The notes: a model not told the origin generated them from the letters alone. 64,000 nt of DNA from the human T2T-CHM13v2.0 reference genome, Homo sapiens (GCF_009914755.1 NC_060944.1), one strand, 5' to 3'; shown: positions 42,161 to 54,500, numbered from the stretch's first letter. Made by a program: numbers and translations.

Positions 42161-42449
42161 CAGCAGTTGGGATAATGATGTTTTCCTCATCTCCAGGACT
42201 CATCTCTAAGACTCATCACTGGGGAAAACCAATTCCCTTTGATGACACGCTGGGCTGAGCTTTGCAGCTCTTGCTTTTGGGGGCAGAGTTTGGGGCAGGA
42301 GGAAGCGAGGATGTTTGCCGCAGAAACAGAAAGCTGGGGACTTGGTCCAGTCACTGGCTCAAAGCAAGTGAGTCCAGGGGGAAACTGAGGTCTGGAGAAG
42401 GTGCCACATTCTTTCCTTGCTCCCTCTTCCCCTTTCTTAAATATGTAGC

Positions 42450-42830
42450 CCATTCATTCATTCATTGATGGGGCACCTGCCAGCCCCCAGGCACTGTGCT
42501 GGGGCGTGGTGTGAGTCTGACATCCCACCCTGATCTCATGGTCTTACGTCATAGTGGGTGAAACAAACAGGCTAAACTAATTACAGGTTGAGGTAAGTGC
42601 TTTGCAGGAAACAAACAAGCAAATGTGTGTTTTTTGCGGGGAGGGGGCCATCTTTAGAGAGCAGAGCATGGGAAGGAGATGAGGATCAAGCAGTTCTGAA
42701 GACAACTGTGGAAACACTGCTCATTCAGTGGCATCAGCAAGTGCAAAGGTCCTGAGGTGGTAAGGTTCTCAGCACCTACAAGGAGCCAAGAGAAGGTCTG
42801 GCTGGCAGTAGTGCACAGTCAGGTTTAGGG
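42450..42830 (-). mobile_element. L2 3' fragment
   Basis: cattcattcattcatt...ccaggcactgtgctggg...cagcaagtgcaaaggtcctgagg. Confidence 0.6.
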
Positions 42831-43614
42831 CACGTAGAACGGGTCATCTCGGTACCCACAATGGCCCCACAGAGCCTCTGTCTCCATCTCCCCACTGCAG
42901 GGAGCCATTTTTCCTTGGGAACCTGGTTCAAAAATTTCCCAAAATATTGTTCACATTCAACAAAAGGAAGCCATCTGGCTGCCAAGCAAGAAGATGGGGA
43001 CAGCCTGCCAGTTATCAACTGGACATAATTAAGTCATGGCTTTGTATCAGGCCCCTAGGGACAAGGCACGCTTTCTCCTCCCCATTGAAGGTTTGCTACC
43101 AGCAAAGAAGAGAGTGAAGTGGGTTTGCACCCTGGAGAGAGGAGGTAAAGCCAAATACTCCTCATCAGAGAAAAGCAAAAGAATCAGGAGCAAGAGCCCA
43201 TCTGCAGGCCTTGAGCAGATTTCCTCATATGCCGGAGGATGTTGTCAGCCACCAAGGATGGGAGGTGCTCTCGGGGTGGGACTTGACGCTGAGAGGCCTT
43301 GCACTGACCACTCCTGGCCTCCTAGAACAGTTGGCTCCCAAGATCTGGGAGGCCCTTGGCAGTTGCCACAGCCACAAGCTTCTTGAATGACATGGTGGTC
43401 ATGAGCTAAGGGCTTTGTGCATGTGGTCTCATCTCATACCCCAAAGACGTCACAGGGTAAATGTTAGGCCATTTTACAGATGAGGAAACTGAGGTTCAGA
43501 AAAGTCACAGGGTAAATGCTAAAGCCAAGGTGCAAGCCCTGATTTTGCCAGCAGCAGACTCAGGCTCTGGCCTTTTCTGTGATTTTCTCCTGTGTTTTCA
43601 AAATAAAGACAGGA

Positions 43615-43905
43615 GGCTGTGTAGTGGCTCCTGCCTGTAATCCCAGCACTTTAGGAGCCTGAGGCAGGAGGATTGCTTGAGGACAGGAGTTCCAGACCAG
43701 CCTGGGTAACGTAGCGAGACCCCGTCTCTACAAAAATAAAAAAAAAAATTAGCCAGGTATGGTGGCACGTGCCTGTAGTTCCAGCTAATGGGAAGCCTGA
43801 GGAACGAGGATCACTTGAGCCCTGGAGATCAAGGCTGCAGTGAGCTATGATCATGCCACTGTGCTCCAGCCTGGGTGACAGAGTCAGACCTCATTTCAGA
43901 GGAAA
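43615..43905 (+). mobile_element. AluJ
   Basis: TSD AAAATAAWGACAGGA at 43600-43614 and 43906-43920. Confidence 0.93.
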
Positions 43906-44259
43906 AAAATAATGACAGGAGCCCTGGGCTCTGCGTAGGGCTTGATGCTGAACCCAGCTGAGCCCAGTGAGTGCCAGCCCTGTTATGGTTTATTTACCCA
44001 TCCCTGCCAACTTCCTCTGTGAGTCGCTGGGAGCAATTATGCTGAAAAATAAGACTGGGGCTCCCAAGCACAATCTGTGTGTGTGTGGGGCGGCGGTGGT
44101 GGGGGGCAGGGGAGCAGGGGGACTTCAGGAATGGCTTGATCAAACCTCCGGAGACTGCAGCCCCACCCTCCTTGGACTCCCTTTCTGGTTCTATCATTGG
44201 TATCCTGAAGGGACACTCCTTGGAGTCTGCTTTTTGATATTCAGTGTCACATCACATGC

Positions 44260-44470
44260 AGTGACGGTGTGATGGAATACAGGCAAGGCTTGGAGTCCTG
44301 CTGCCTCAGAACCACACCTGGTTTCAAATCCCATCTGCTACTTCCTGGCTTTATGACCTTGGGGCAGTGACGTTACCTCTCCTAGCCTTGGTTTGCTCAT
44401 CTATAAAGTGGGGCAAACATCAGTCCCAGGGATGTTGTGAGAATGCTATGCATGATCTTGCAGACTTGTC
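44260..44470 (+). mobile_element. MIR SINE
   Basis: ttcaaatccc...tgaccttgggg...gctcatctataaagtgggg. Confidence 0.7.
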
Positions 44471-44625
44471 TGCTCAGGGTCTGGAAGGTGGTGAGACCCA
44501 ATGAAAGGAAGCTGTCATGACTGTGCCGAACCCCGACCCCACCGCAAGCACCGGCTGGGGTTACCGTGGCTGATCCTGACACAGACAGGCGTGGGGGACT
44601 TTCCTACTGAGGCCAAGCCCTGCAC

Positions 44626-44787
44626 CAGGATGGCTTACTGGGTTTGTGAGCACAAAATGTAACTGTGGGGACCTATTTAAAAAATTATGGGGACTTTCAA
44701 AACAGTGACAGCCAAGCATTAAGCCAAAGGCAGGGCCCTTCTGAGCTCGAGGCCCTTCCGGGCTGTCCCCCACGACGCTGGCTCTAC
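44626..44787 (-). mobile_element. MER91A-like hAT-Tip100 element
   Basis: gcacaaaatg...agcattaagccaa...gggcccttctgagc. Confidence 0.6.
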
Positions 44788-46004
44788 CACACCCAGCTAG
44801 GAACCGGAACTGTTATAACCATGCATCTTCTTTGGTGACGTGCATGTTCCAAATGTTTTGCCCAGTTTTTGCAAACTGGTTGTCTGTCTTTTTCTCACTG
44901 ATTTGTTGGAATTCTTTCATGTATTCTGAATGAGTCCTTTGACAGCGGATTTTGTTGTTGTTTTTTAAATGCAGACTCAAAAAGGATGAGCAAAAGAAAG
45001 GGAAAGTGGGAAATTATGACAACAAGATTTTAGGACTTTTCAAGCGGAAGACGTGGCTGCTCAATGAGGTGTAGAAAAGAAGGTGCTCCCATGCCTCTTC
45101 TCTCTGGGGTGGGGGATGAGGCATTTGAGGCTTAGGAAGCGGGGTCATGGTCAATTCTCCACACCTCTTCCTGGCCCAGAGCTTCAGCCTGGACTTCACC
45201 CACCTCAGACTGCCTTTCCTGGCTGCGGAGTCAGAATCGTGCCTCTTCAGGAGGATGAAGGAACTCAGCCGAGGACTCGCCTGTACCCTTTTGTCCCCAG
45301 TGGGCAGCCTCAGTAGCAGAATTCCAGGGGTGTGTTTGGAGGGGACCAGTGGGGTGGAAGGAGCTCTGACCTGGGAGTCTGTGCCCAACTTCCCTGCAGG
45401 CTGGGTGGGCTCTGTGAGCCAAGGCATGCAGCTCCTCCGGGCATGTTTCCTGGGAGTTCAGGGCAAGGTCGCTCCAGCCTTCCTCCTCCCCCAGGGGAGA
45501 GTGATGGGCAGATTCAGGAGGAGCCCAGGGCTACACCCACCCTCTCAAGAGATGACCCTGGAAGGCTGTTCTGCAGGCTCCTACCCCGGCCCCCCAGGTG
45601 AGGAAGGTGGTGGGGCCTGCAGGGTTTGAAAGGGCCCAAGTCTTTAAATGGGCCCACTTCCCAGAGAGCCCTGGCCTCCCCCTCACCCGTGGGAGGTACA
45701 GGAGGAATGAAAAAGCTAAAATCATGGGCCTGGAGGAATGAATGGAGAACCAGACAAAATGAACCCATTGGCCCTGGAGGGCAGGACAGCTGCGGCTTTG
45801 GGGCTTGAGTCTGCAAACATCTGCCCCTCCCCAGACACCCAGGCTGGGGTGAAATGGGCCTGATTGGGAGGGGTGCTTCACCCACCCTGTGAAATCATCA
45901 AGAGTGAGAATAGTCACCAGCCACATGCTTCCCAGCAACCATTGCCAGGATGCTCCTCAAGCCTGCCGGGGTCTGAGGGGAGGGGACTCCAAGACCCAGC
46001 AGCA

Positions 46005-46260
46005 GGGGTGGGTGAAGGAGGGGGATGGAGGGTGGGGAAGGTGGGGTGGATGACGGGGATGTGGGTGGAGAGGAGGGGATGGAGGGTGGGATGGGAGGGG
46101 TGGAGAGGAATAGCGGGGTGGGTGGAGAGGAGGGGATGGAGGATGGATGGGAGGGGTGGAGAGGGATGGGGTGGGTGGACGCAGGAGTGGAGGCGAGAGT
46201 GGAGGTGGGGAGGTGGGGTAGGGTGGGACAAGATGTGTGTGGATGGAGAACATGTGGGGT
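46005..46260. repeat. G-rich low-complexity tract
   Basis: GGA/GGGG runs with a duplicated gtgggtggagaggaggggatggagg unit (46061 and ~46118). Confidence 0.85.
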
Positions 46261-47299
46261 ACGGCAGGCTGAGGGGCAGTGACACAGCACGCACCACCCT
46301 TTCCTTCAGCTAGGCCTGCCCCTAGTCCCCCCAGCCCCCCGAGCAGACCCCACCCTCCTCAGCAACGCACACCAAGGCCTGTGGACCCCTCCAGCCACCT
46401 CCCAGTGCCCAGCTCTCCTGCCTCTGCCCTGCTGCCCTCCAGCCACGCTGGCCTCTTTCTGTTCCTTGAAGGCCCCAGGCTCTATCCCAGCCCTGGCCTT
46501 TGCCCCGGTGGCTCCCTCTGCCTGGAAGGCCTTCAGTCCCCTGTCCCATGGACACTACCTAGTGCATGGCAGAGCCAGGCTGTGGCCCAGGTCTTCGGTC
46601 TGAGGAGGCCGTGGGCTTCAGTATTTCACCATGTCGTTACCACCGTGCACTCACCAACTTGGACAGCTTAGTGGCTGCCCGGGGCCACCACAGCTCCAAG
46701 AGGGAGGGGCTCAGGGGAGTTCTGCCTCTCCGGATCACAGGCTGTGGGCAGGAAGTGACTTACCAGGGTCCCATAGTTAGTTCGGGAATCTATGACTCTT
46801 ATCCCTGCCCTGGAGGTGGGGTCTGCCCTCTGTGACTTCACTCGGCTCCCTCTCCTGTTCTCACCAACTCTGACCCTGGAAGGAAGGACAGAAGGGAGGG
46901 AGGGAGAGATGACTGTCCCATCCATGGGCAATCAATGATGTCCACAGGCACAGAATTGAGTGGACCCAGGGAAGGAGGAAGAGAAGGAGAAAGTAGGGGA
47001 GGAAGTTGGTTGGGGAGGGCAGGAGGGGCCCGAGAGGCCCATTTTCTGACCTTGGGGCCACTGGTTGAGTCACACCCGGGCCTTTGAAGATTCGAGGAAG
47101 GCACCTGTGGGAGGAGTGACCTTAAGCAGATAACCTGTGGGGTCTCTGTTTCCTCATCTGTAAATTGGGGTCACAACTGCTCACGCCTCGCCCCCAGGGC
47201 CAGGACACTTGGGATGAGCACTCGTGACCTTTAATGAGCCAGGGACTGAGACTCTCACTTGGGGAGCAGAAGCAAAGCCCCCCGGGGACGGAGGGCTCA

Positions 47300-48315
47300 C
47301 GAGGGTGGGATCTGGACATTCCCACCCTGGGCTAGTGTTCTGTTGTGTGGCCATCCTGACAGGTGTGATCATTTCGTCTTTGAGCTTGTGTTTTGTAAGT
47401 AAGACCAGGGACAGTGACACATGTGTGTTAGCAGTACAAGCGTGACCCCGTTCCCTTGCGCCCCGTCTGCATGGAGGGTTCATGATGCCCATGTACACAG
47501 AATTCTGTGGATTCACAAGGTGAGTGAGACCCAAGCTTGTGTGAGATGAGCGGTTTGCATCTATGACTGCCGGAGAGGCCACGCTTTGCTTCGGACACAG
47601 AGAAAAAGCAGGGGCACCATGCGCCATGAGCAACAGAGGGACCCCATCATTCCCTTTCTCACATCACTTCCCCATGTCAGCTGACCACCCACGCTGAAAC
47701 AATGGCGCATCTTAGTCCCCCACCTTTATTAGACCATGTTGGCAAAGAGGGTGCAGGAAGATGTGTAATTTATGCTGTGAACTGGAGAGATAACTGTAAG
47801 AAATTCAACCTATAATTGTGAGGGTATTATCTCCATGACTGGAGCAGCAGGTGTCAGCCACACATGGGGAGGGACACAGCACAGCCAAAGGTAGGTGGTG
47901 TTGGTAGAATGTGCGCATATCGAGAAGCTAAGTAAAAGTGAGCGATGGCAAATATTTCTACTGTTAGTTACGGGCAAGAACACCCATGTGCACGCACAGG
48001 CCATGAAACACAAATTGTGTAATTTTGAGGATTCTGCACACAGGTTAAATGCCCTTACATTTGTATTTAATACTGACCTTGCGTCATATAAAGATGGATG
48101 ACCAAATTCATGCTAATTATTTAAATATTTTAATTTACTTAGGATGATTTTGAATAGCAAATAGAAAACGCCCCGGTAAGTGAAGAGAGAGACTGCAGAG
48201 AAAAGGAAAAAGCTTTATAGCTGAGTAGGTTGAATGGCACTTTTTTCCTGCCTTCGAACAAGGGACCTGACGTTTTTATTTTGCACTGACCCCCACAAAT
48301 GATGCAGCTGTCCTG
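47300..48315 (+). mobile_element. Zaphod/MER91-related hAT-Tip100 element, interrupted at ~47716-47882
   Basis: 5' part tctttgagcttgtgttttgtaagt. 3' terminus gaacaaggg...ttttgcactgacccccacaaatgatgcagctgtcctg is shared with MER91A. Confidence 0.55.
47716..47882 (+). repeat. Direct duplicate of 49257-49422
   Basis: 167 versus 166 bp, differing by 6 substitutions, 2 small indels and a C-run shift. Confidence 0.95.
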
Positions 48316-48779
48316 CTTTCAGCAACGAGCCGGGCCCTGGTTCTCTAGTCTGTTTGTGCCCAGGATTCTGACCTGTTTGCTGCTGGGAACTGGGCATGGG
48401 GCGTAGACAGCACAGGATGTAACATGGCACCAGCGCTTGCTGAATGCCCCAGTGCCCTGCAGTGGGCTTTGCATCCATTACTTCACTTAATCCTCCCACG
48501 GGCCCTCAGAGCTGGGTCCTGCTATTATCCCCAACTTACAAAGGAAGAAACTGAGGCTTAAGAGGTGTGAAATGACTTCTGACCAGCAGACATCGAGCTC
48601 CAGCTCCTTCTATCTGTAAACTCCATGCCTTCCCCAGCCCCCATCAGGCCATCTTGCAGCTGCGCAAAGTCATCTCCAGTGGGTTCTTTGATTTTGCAAG
48701 ATCTGCTTCCTTTCAACCTTTGAATATATAAGTCCCTGCCATCCTCTTATTAACTGTGTCCTTCCTTTCTCAAAGAAGT

Positions 48780-49422
48780 TTCCACATAAAAGTTCAGAGG
48801 GAGACAGGATGGGGAGGGGAAACTGAAAAAAGGCAGTGGATTCTTTATGTTTTATTAATTGTCAGATGTTTCTTGTTTCTTTGTTTCAACCTGGTTCGAA
48901 TCCTGTTAGCCTTGGCTACGCAGATCAGAGCATAAAGGGCCACCAGCCCAGGTCTGCGGCGTCAGTTTAAGTGTTAATTATGTTTTCATATCTGCTATAA
49001 ACTCCTGTTTGGGAGAGCCTGGGTGTTCTTAAAATAAATGGCAATATAAAATTGAAAACAGCTAGCATTCCTGAATCAATTTTCACATCTTATAACTTTG
49101 AAGCATAATTCATTTCTTCCTCTCGAGCGCCTGTGGCGACGGGGACAGCCTCACGCCTGCCGTGTAATTTCATAAGGAGCAAATCAGTTAGTAATCTGCA
49201 GCATCTTCGTGCCTCCCCACCCTTGGAGCCCTTAAATAAATGCAAGAAATGCCAAATCCCCCCACTTTATTAGACCTTGTTGGCGAAGAGGGTGCAGGGA
49301 AGACGTGTAATTTATGCTGTGAACTGGAGAGACAACTGTAAGAAATTCAACCTATAATTGTGAGGGTATTATCCCCATGACTGGAGCAGCAGGTGTCGGC
49401 CACATGGGGAGGGACACAGCAC
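48780..49422. promoter_or_regulatory. Candidate conserved developmental enhancer
   Basis: Repeat-free AT-rich island with many TAAT/TTTAT motifs plus TGTCA and TTAAGTG. Motif evidence only. Confidence 0.45.
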
Positions 49423-49504
49423 TGAGCTTGCACGTGTCAGAAGTGTGACACCAAGGCGATCCGTGGTTGCCTTAGTTGCCATGTTCCTTAGAATAGGCTT
49501 TTCT

Positions 49505-49960
49505 TTAAATATACATATATTTAAATTGAGGTATACCATACATAGAGCACACAAGTCTTGCAAAACGTGCCACTTAGTGCGTTTTTGCACATACGCCTGC
49601 TTGTCTAACCCCCACTGTGATCAAGCTATAGAGTTCCCCTTTCCCCACTCCCAGGCTGACCTTCCCGCTAGGGGAATCCCTATTCTCCCTTCTATCACCG
49701 TAAATTAGCTCTTCTTGTTCTTGTACGTTGTATACATGGAACCATACAGTATGTGACCTCGGGCACTGTCTTCTCTTACTCCTCATGATGTCTCTGCAGT
49801 TCATCCCTGTTATGTGCATAGTGGAGCCCGCTCTTTTTCACTGCTGTGTAGTATTCCATTGCATGACTCTGCCATTGTCAATTCATCTGTTGTATTGTGG
49901 ATGGGTATTTCAGTTCTTTGTAGTGTGTGGGCTGTTAGGAATTGTGTTGCTATCAGCATT
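49505..49960 (-). mobile_element. L1MB/ME-type 3' fragment
   Basis: aaattgaggtataccatacat...atggaaccatacagtatgt...gctgtgtagtattccattg. Confidence 0.7.
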
Positions 49961-50027
49961 AGAAGAGATTTAGCTTCCTTATATTAAAAACTGGATGCCC
50001 TCCTCCCCGCCACCCTGTGCACACAAT

Positions 50028-50060
50028 CACACACACACAGACACACACACACACACACAC
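50028..50060. repeat. (CA)n microsatellite
   Basis: CA run with one interruption. Confidence 0.9.
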
Positions 50061-51699
50061 GTGCATGAGCACTCATGTGCACTGGAGTTTGTACCCACGC
50101 ATTGTCACTGTTCTTCTCCTTCACTGTTTTGACTGACTCAGGAGTCACAGGAGCAAATGCCTTGTCCTCAGCGCCTGGCTGGGAGGCTCTGGTGACTTTC
50201 AGGAAACGAAGTCATCATTTCTAAGCCACCAGCTTCTGATTCCGCAGTTCCTCTGAAGTCTACGAGTTCCCAGGGGACGTCGTTTCCCTTCCTGGTTCCT
50301 GGCAGTGTGTTGCCTTTATTCTGAGTTAACTACTAGACCTAATTAAACAGCACCATCTCCTCAGAGTGGCTGATTTTCTTCCTGTCTGAATACAAATTAA
50401 ACTCCCATGCCATTAACATTCAGGTCAGTTGATCGGAATCAACCTCTTTTAAAACTCAAAGGCCAAAGTGATTTCAAAGTCAGTCACACACCTCCCATCT
50501 GCGGGGAAGGGCCTGACGTGGTTATCTTCGAGCTGACCCAGCTTGGGAGCTGCCTGAGGACAGAAAGTTTCTTCACAACTGAGTCAGGATGACACAGTGC
50601 ACGGGCTGCCCGGCGGGGTTTGCTTGGGAGGCCCAGGGTGATCAGAGACTGTGGGCCTCATTTGTTTGCTGTTTCACTCCCTGCATCATGGAGATTTAAA
50701 GTCCTTTCTTTCATTTACCCAGTCCCTTCACTGAGCAAATACGGGTTCAGTGCCAGGTACTGTGCTGGCCCTGGAGCTGCTGAGCATACGGCGTGATGTT
50801 GCATTGGGCCGCACGGATTGCACACGTGTGGGTGAGATGCGAGACAGCCAGCCTCAAGAATGTCTCAGGCTGTAACCCTGATGGTGCGTGGGGAAATGCC
50901 TGTCATGCAGTCACGCCCTTCCTCTACAGTGCACACCTGCTCCTGCAATTCTCCAAGCGGTGAGCAGCTGAGTGCTCTGCTGGTGGGTCCTCATTGAGAG
51001 CCTGAGCTGACGGTCCAGTCTCTCACCCAGGTCATTCCAGGTAGACACAGCCCCAGCATCGAGAAGGGAGCTCTCCAGGGTGTCCCTACAGTGATGATAC
51101 TGCCAGATGGGGAGGGCATGGTGCCCGCCACCCCTCAGCAAGGCGGGAAGGCTCCAGGGCCCTGACCATTTCCCACGGCGTTTCTGTGGATGTGAAAACT
51201 TTCCTCGCCCTCAGAAGTGGGTGTGTTAAGTGCAACCGTTGACCGGGGGCAACTTCTGAACCCTTAGGAAACAGGGATCGTTTCCTTCCCTGGCCGTCTG
51301 GTTCCAAGTCAGGGACGTAGTGGATATTACAATTTGGGGGCGACCACAGGCTGGGCCCTGCTGACGGCCTTGCATAGTTGGCTTGTTTAGAGTGGAGCAG
51401 ATGTCAGGGAGTCTGACTGAGAGTGGATTAATGAGGGCACAAAGGCTGAAGGTTCACAGTGCTCGGGGGGTCGGGGGTGGGAGGGGTGAGGGGATAGGGT
51501 GGGGCTGTGTGTGTGCAGGCTGCAAAGCCGGCCCAAGACTGACTCACCTGTCATGGGAGCCCTGGAGGGGTCTGCGGGGCTGTCATCATTTGGAATCAGA
51601 AACAAGACATCTTGGCTGAGTTGTGCCAGTCAGGGTTCAAGTTCCCTGTACTCAGTTGGCCTCCTTGGCCTCGGTTTCCCCGCCTCTAAATGGAAGGAT

Positions 51700-52215
51700 G
51701 TAGCAGCTATGGTCGTCTGCTTCCCAGCAGCCATGCTGCCGTTCTCTCTCCTACAGTGGCCTGGCTTCGTTCAGGGATCCACCGTCGTCCAGGTGGTCCA
51801 AGCCCTGGCTCCAGCCTAGTCAATCAAGGCAGTCCCATTTCTCCAGGGGTTCATGTGTGCCCAGCTGTGACCAGTGAGAACTGAAGAGAGGCGGTTCTGG
51901 GACATTTTCTTTGTTCTGAAAAGAAGATGCACCTGGAGCCGTGTCCCCATCCTGTTGTGTGTAGTCCTGTCTGCATGTCATTCCTGGGGCCCTGGCAGCC
52001 ATCTTGGAACCATGAGGGGACCCTTCACAGCCAAGCCAATGTGTCAAGGTGGTGGAGCAGCAGGGGGTTTGGGAAGAACCTGATTCCTTCATAACCATTG
52101 ACCAACCCTAAAGCTCCCTCGCCCCTGGGTTTCTTGGCAGGCCAGAAATTCAGGTCCTCTTCACGTATGCCACTTTGAGCTGGGCTCCCTGCTGCTGGCA
52201 GCTGAAATCCTATGA
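51700..52215 (+). mobile_element. MLT1K/L-like LTR
   Basis: ggcagccatcttggaaccatgaggg; degenerate. Confidence 0.45.
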
Positions 52216-52309
52216 GATAGGGGAGGAGAGAGTGAGGAGGGTGGGGATGGTCACTCAGGCAGGACGCTCTGCCCTGATGCCCTCTCATTCCTCATGGCCT
52301 TAGAGAGCT

Positions 52310-52651
52310 CAGTTCCAAACACAGCAATGATAGCGAAGGATTTATCACCAGTGCGCAGAATAGGGGGGTAGTTAGTGGAGGAAAAGTTAGTGAGAGGAGA
52401 CATCTCACGTAGGGGATTTCTTGCTGAACTGAATTAACGGGATCCCTGCTGAAGGCAGGCCATGGTGATGAGATGTAAAGTGTGGGGGATGAGGAGCTGG
52501 ATCAGGTGCCAAGGGAGAGGGGAATGACTTCTCAGCATTCTCCGTTAAAGCTGGCCCAAGCAGGCGAGGGCAGGGCCCAAACTTGAGGCCTGGCTGAGAA
52601 GAGGCCTCAGAGGATCCTGCCTGAAGTGTGGTCAAGGACAGAGTCATCATC
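52310..52651 (-). mobile_element. MER31/MER67-like ERV1 LTR fragment
   Basis: Reverse complement begins gatgatgactctgtccttgaccacacttcaggcaggatcctctgaggcctcttctc. Confidence 0.55.
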
Positions 52652-52654
52652 GGT

Positions 52655-52955
52655 CCTCAGCAGTCAGCACCTTTCGAGGGTGGCTTTGGCTGAAGGAAAG
52701 TGCCTCACTAATCTCACGCCTCCTTTCAGGATGGCTCATGCCCAGCGACTGATCAGCGCAGGGATGTGAAGGCCTGGACCTTTGCCCCAACTCAGAACAC
52801 GTCTAAGGGGCCACTCCAGCTCCAGAGCCGCCTGTGGAGTTGGCTGAGGCCCGTGTTGAGGCCATGCTGCATCTCGATTCCTCCCTTTCCCCATCCTGCC
52901 TCTGTCCCCTCCCAAAGGCGTCCAGCTTGAGGGCGCACCCTAGTAAAGTCGTGCC
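52655..52955 (+). mobile_element. LTR16C-like ERVL LTR
   Basis: ccagctccagagc...tggagttggctgaggcc...catcctgcctc. Confidence 0.6.
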
Positions 52956-54267
52956 TGGGGAAAGTCAGGCCAGATGAGCCTACAGACCCACCATGCTGCT
53001 AGAACAGTGTGGTTAGCAACTCCCCAGTGTTTGTTTTGCCAAATTGCTCTGGAAAATAGAGGCGCTTTGGGAGGGGAGAGTGGGCGTGAAGGAGAGCAGG
53101 GTGTGAGAGGGGAGGAGAGAGACTGCGGTGACCCGATGCAGCTGTCCGCAGTGGTGTGTGAACAGGTGTCATCCTGTTCTTCGGCTCCTCGGGAACCTCC
53201 AGTAAAATCTGTTTTACTCACAGTGTTTACTCACCGTGGTTTCTGAGGTTGGAATTTTTGTGGGGGAAATGGAGGGACAAGATCGGAGATTTGCAGCACA
53301 GGGAGCATGGGGTAAACCTAGAAGTCACCCATGGAGGCCAGTTCCATCAGGCCTCATTACTGGACAACCGCTGTGTGTGCCCTCCAAGGTGGATGAGTCT
53401 TATCACCCCGTCTTACAGAGGCAGAAACTGGGGCCAGAGTGCCTGGATAACATGGCAGTTAGGTGCTTGGGTTTTTGAGTGAGATGGGCCTGGGTTCGCA
53501 TCTTTGCCCCGTGACTCACCAGCCATGTGACCTTGGACAAGTTCTTTAAGCCTCCACATTCATTTCCCTCCTCCATTAAAGTGTGGCAGTGTGGATCGGT
53601 GATGGGCAGCAGGGCTAGGGGCCAACGGCCAGGAGCCAAGTCCTGTCATCACTGTTCACAGGCTTTGTGACTCTGGGCGGTTTCCTTAAGCTTTCTTTGC
53701 CCAGCTCTGTCATCTATACATTAAGAATAATGATAGTTGTTCAGATGAGAAAAGTTATTTATTGGAAAACATTAGAATAGTGCTTAGCACATGTGAAGTG
53801 TCACATTCATGTTAACACTTAGTATTTTCATCAGTATTCTAATATTTGTTTGCGGTGGGGGTTAGCTAAGTAGCTATACTTCTCTCTCTAACTCCATCTA
53901 AAAGGTGTACAGGAAAAGGGCCACCAAGTTTCAGGGTCCAGGGGAAATTGCACTTTACTTTGACCTAGAAAAACGGTTTTCCTAGTTTTTCAAGTACCCA
54001 ACCATTGTGATTGGTTTCTGGAACACCACTGTCATGGTTTTGGACTTGATCTTACTTTCTGTTTAGAGGAGAGCGTTTCCTATGTCTGTTGCAGGCCTGT
54101 GCCACCCAGGCTGGGTCTCTTCTCTGCTGTGTCTGCTATGAAATGGTCTGGTGTTGTCCCTGGGTATGTGGGCCTTCGGCTACTTACTGGGGGAGGAAGG
54201 TCCTGTTCCAATCCAGCCAATAAATCAACAGACCTGAAACAGAGTTGAGGGGTCAAGAAATAAATCA

Positions 54268-54500
54268 GCGTGTGTAGGAGTGCATGTGTGTGGGTGAGTG
54301 TGTGAGCGTGTGAGGGAGTGAGAGTGTGTATGAGTGTGTGACTGTGTGAGCATGTGAGTGTATGAGCATTTGTATTTATGTGTGTGTGAGAGAGAGCACT
54401 TGTGTGTGCGAGAGCATTTGTGAGTGTGCATGTGTGCAAGGACACCTGTGTGTGCATGTGTGCGAATGTGGGAGAGTATCTGTGAGCTTGTGCCAGTGTG
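54268..54500. repeat. Degenerate (TG)n low-complexity tract
   Basis: Mixed TG/AG dinucleotides. Confidence 0.85.

Noticed and set aside
44974-45068. Possible exon after the strong-looking acceptor ttttttaaatgcag|
   Set aside because: The donor GAG|GTGTAG is weak, there is no partner exon and no recognisable peptide. It cannot be supported without RNA data.
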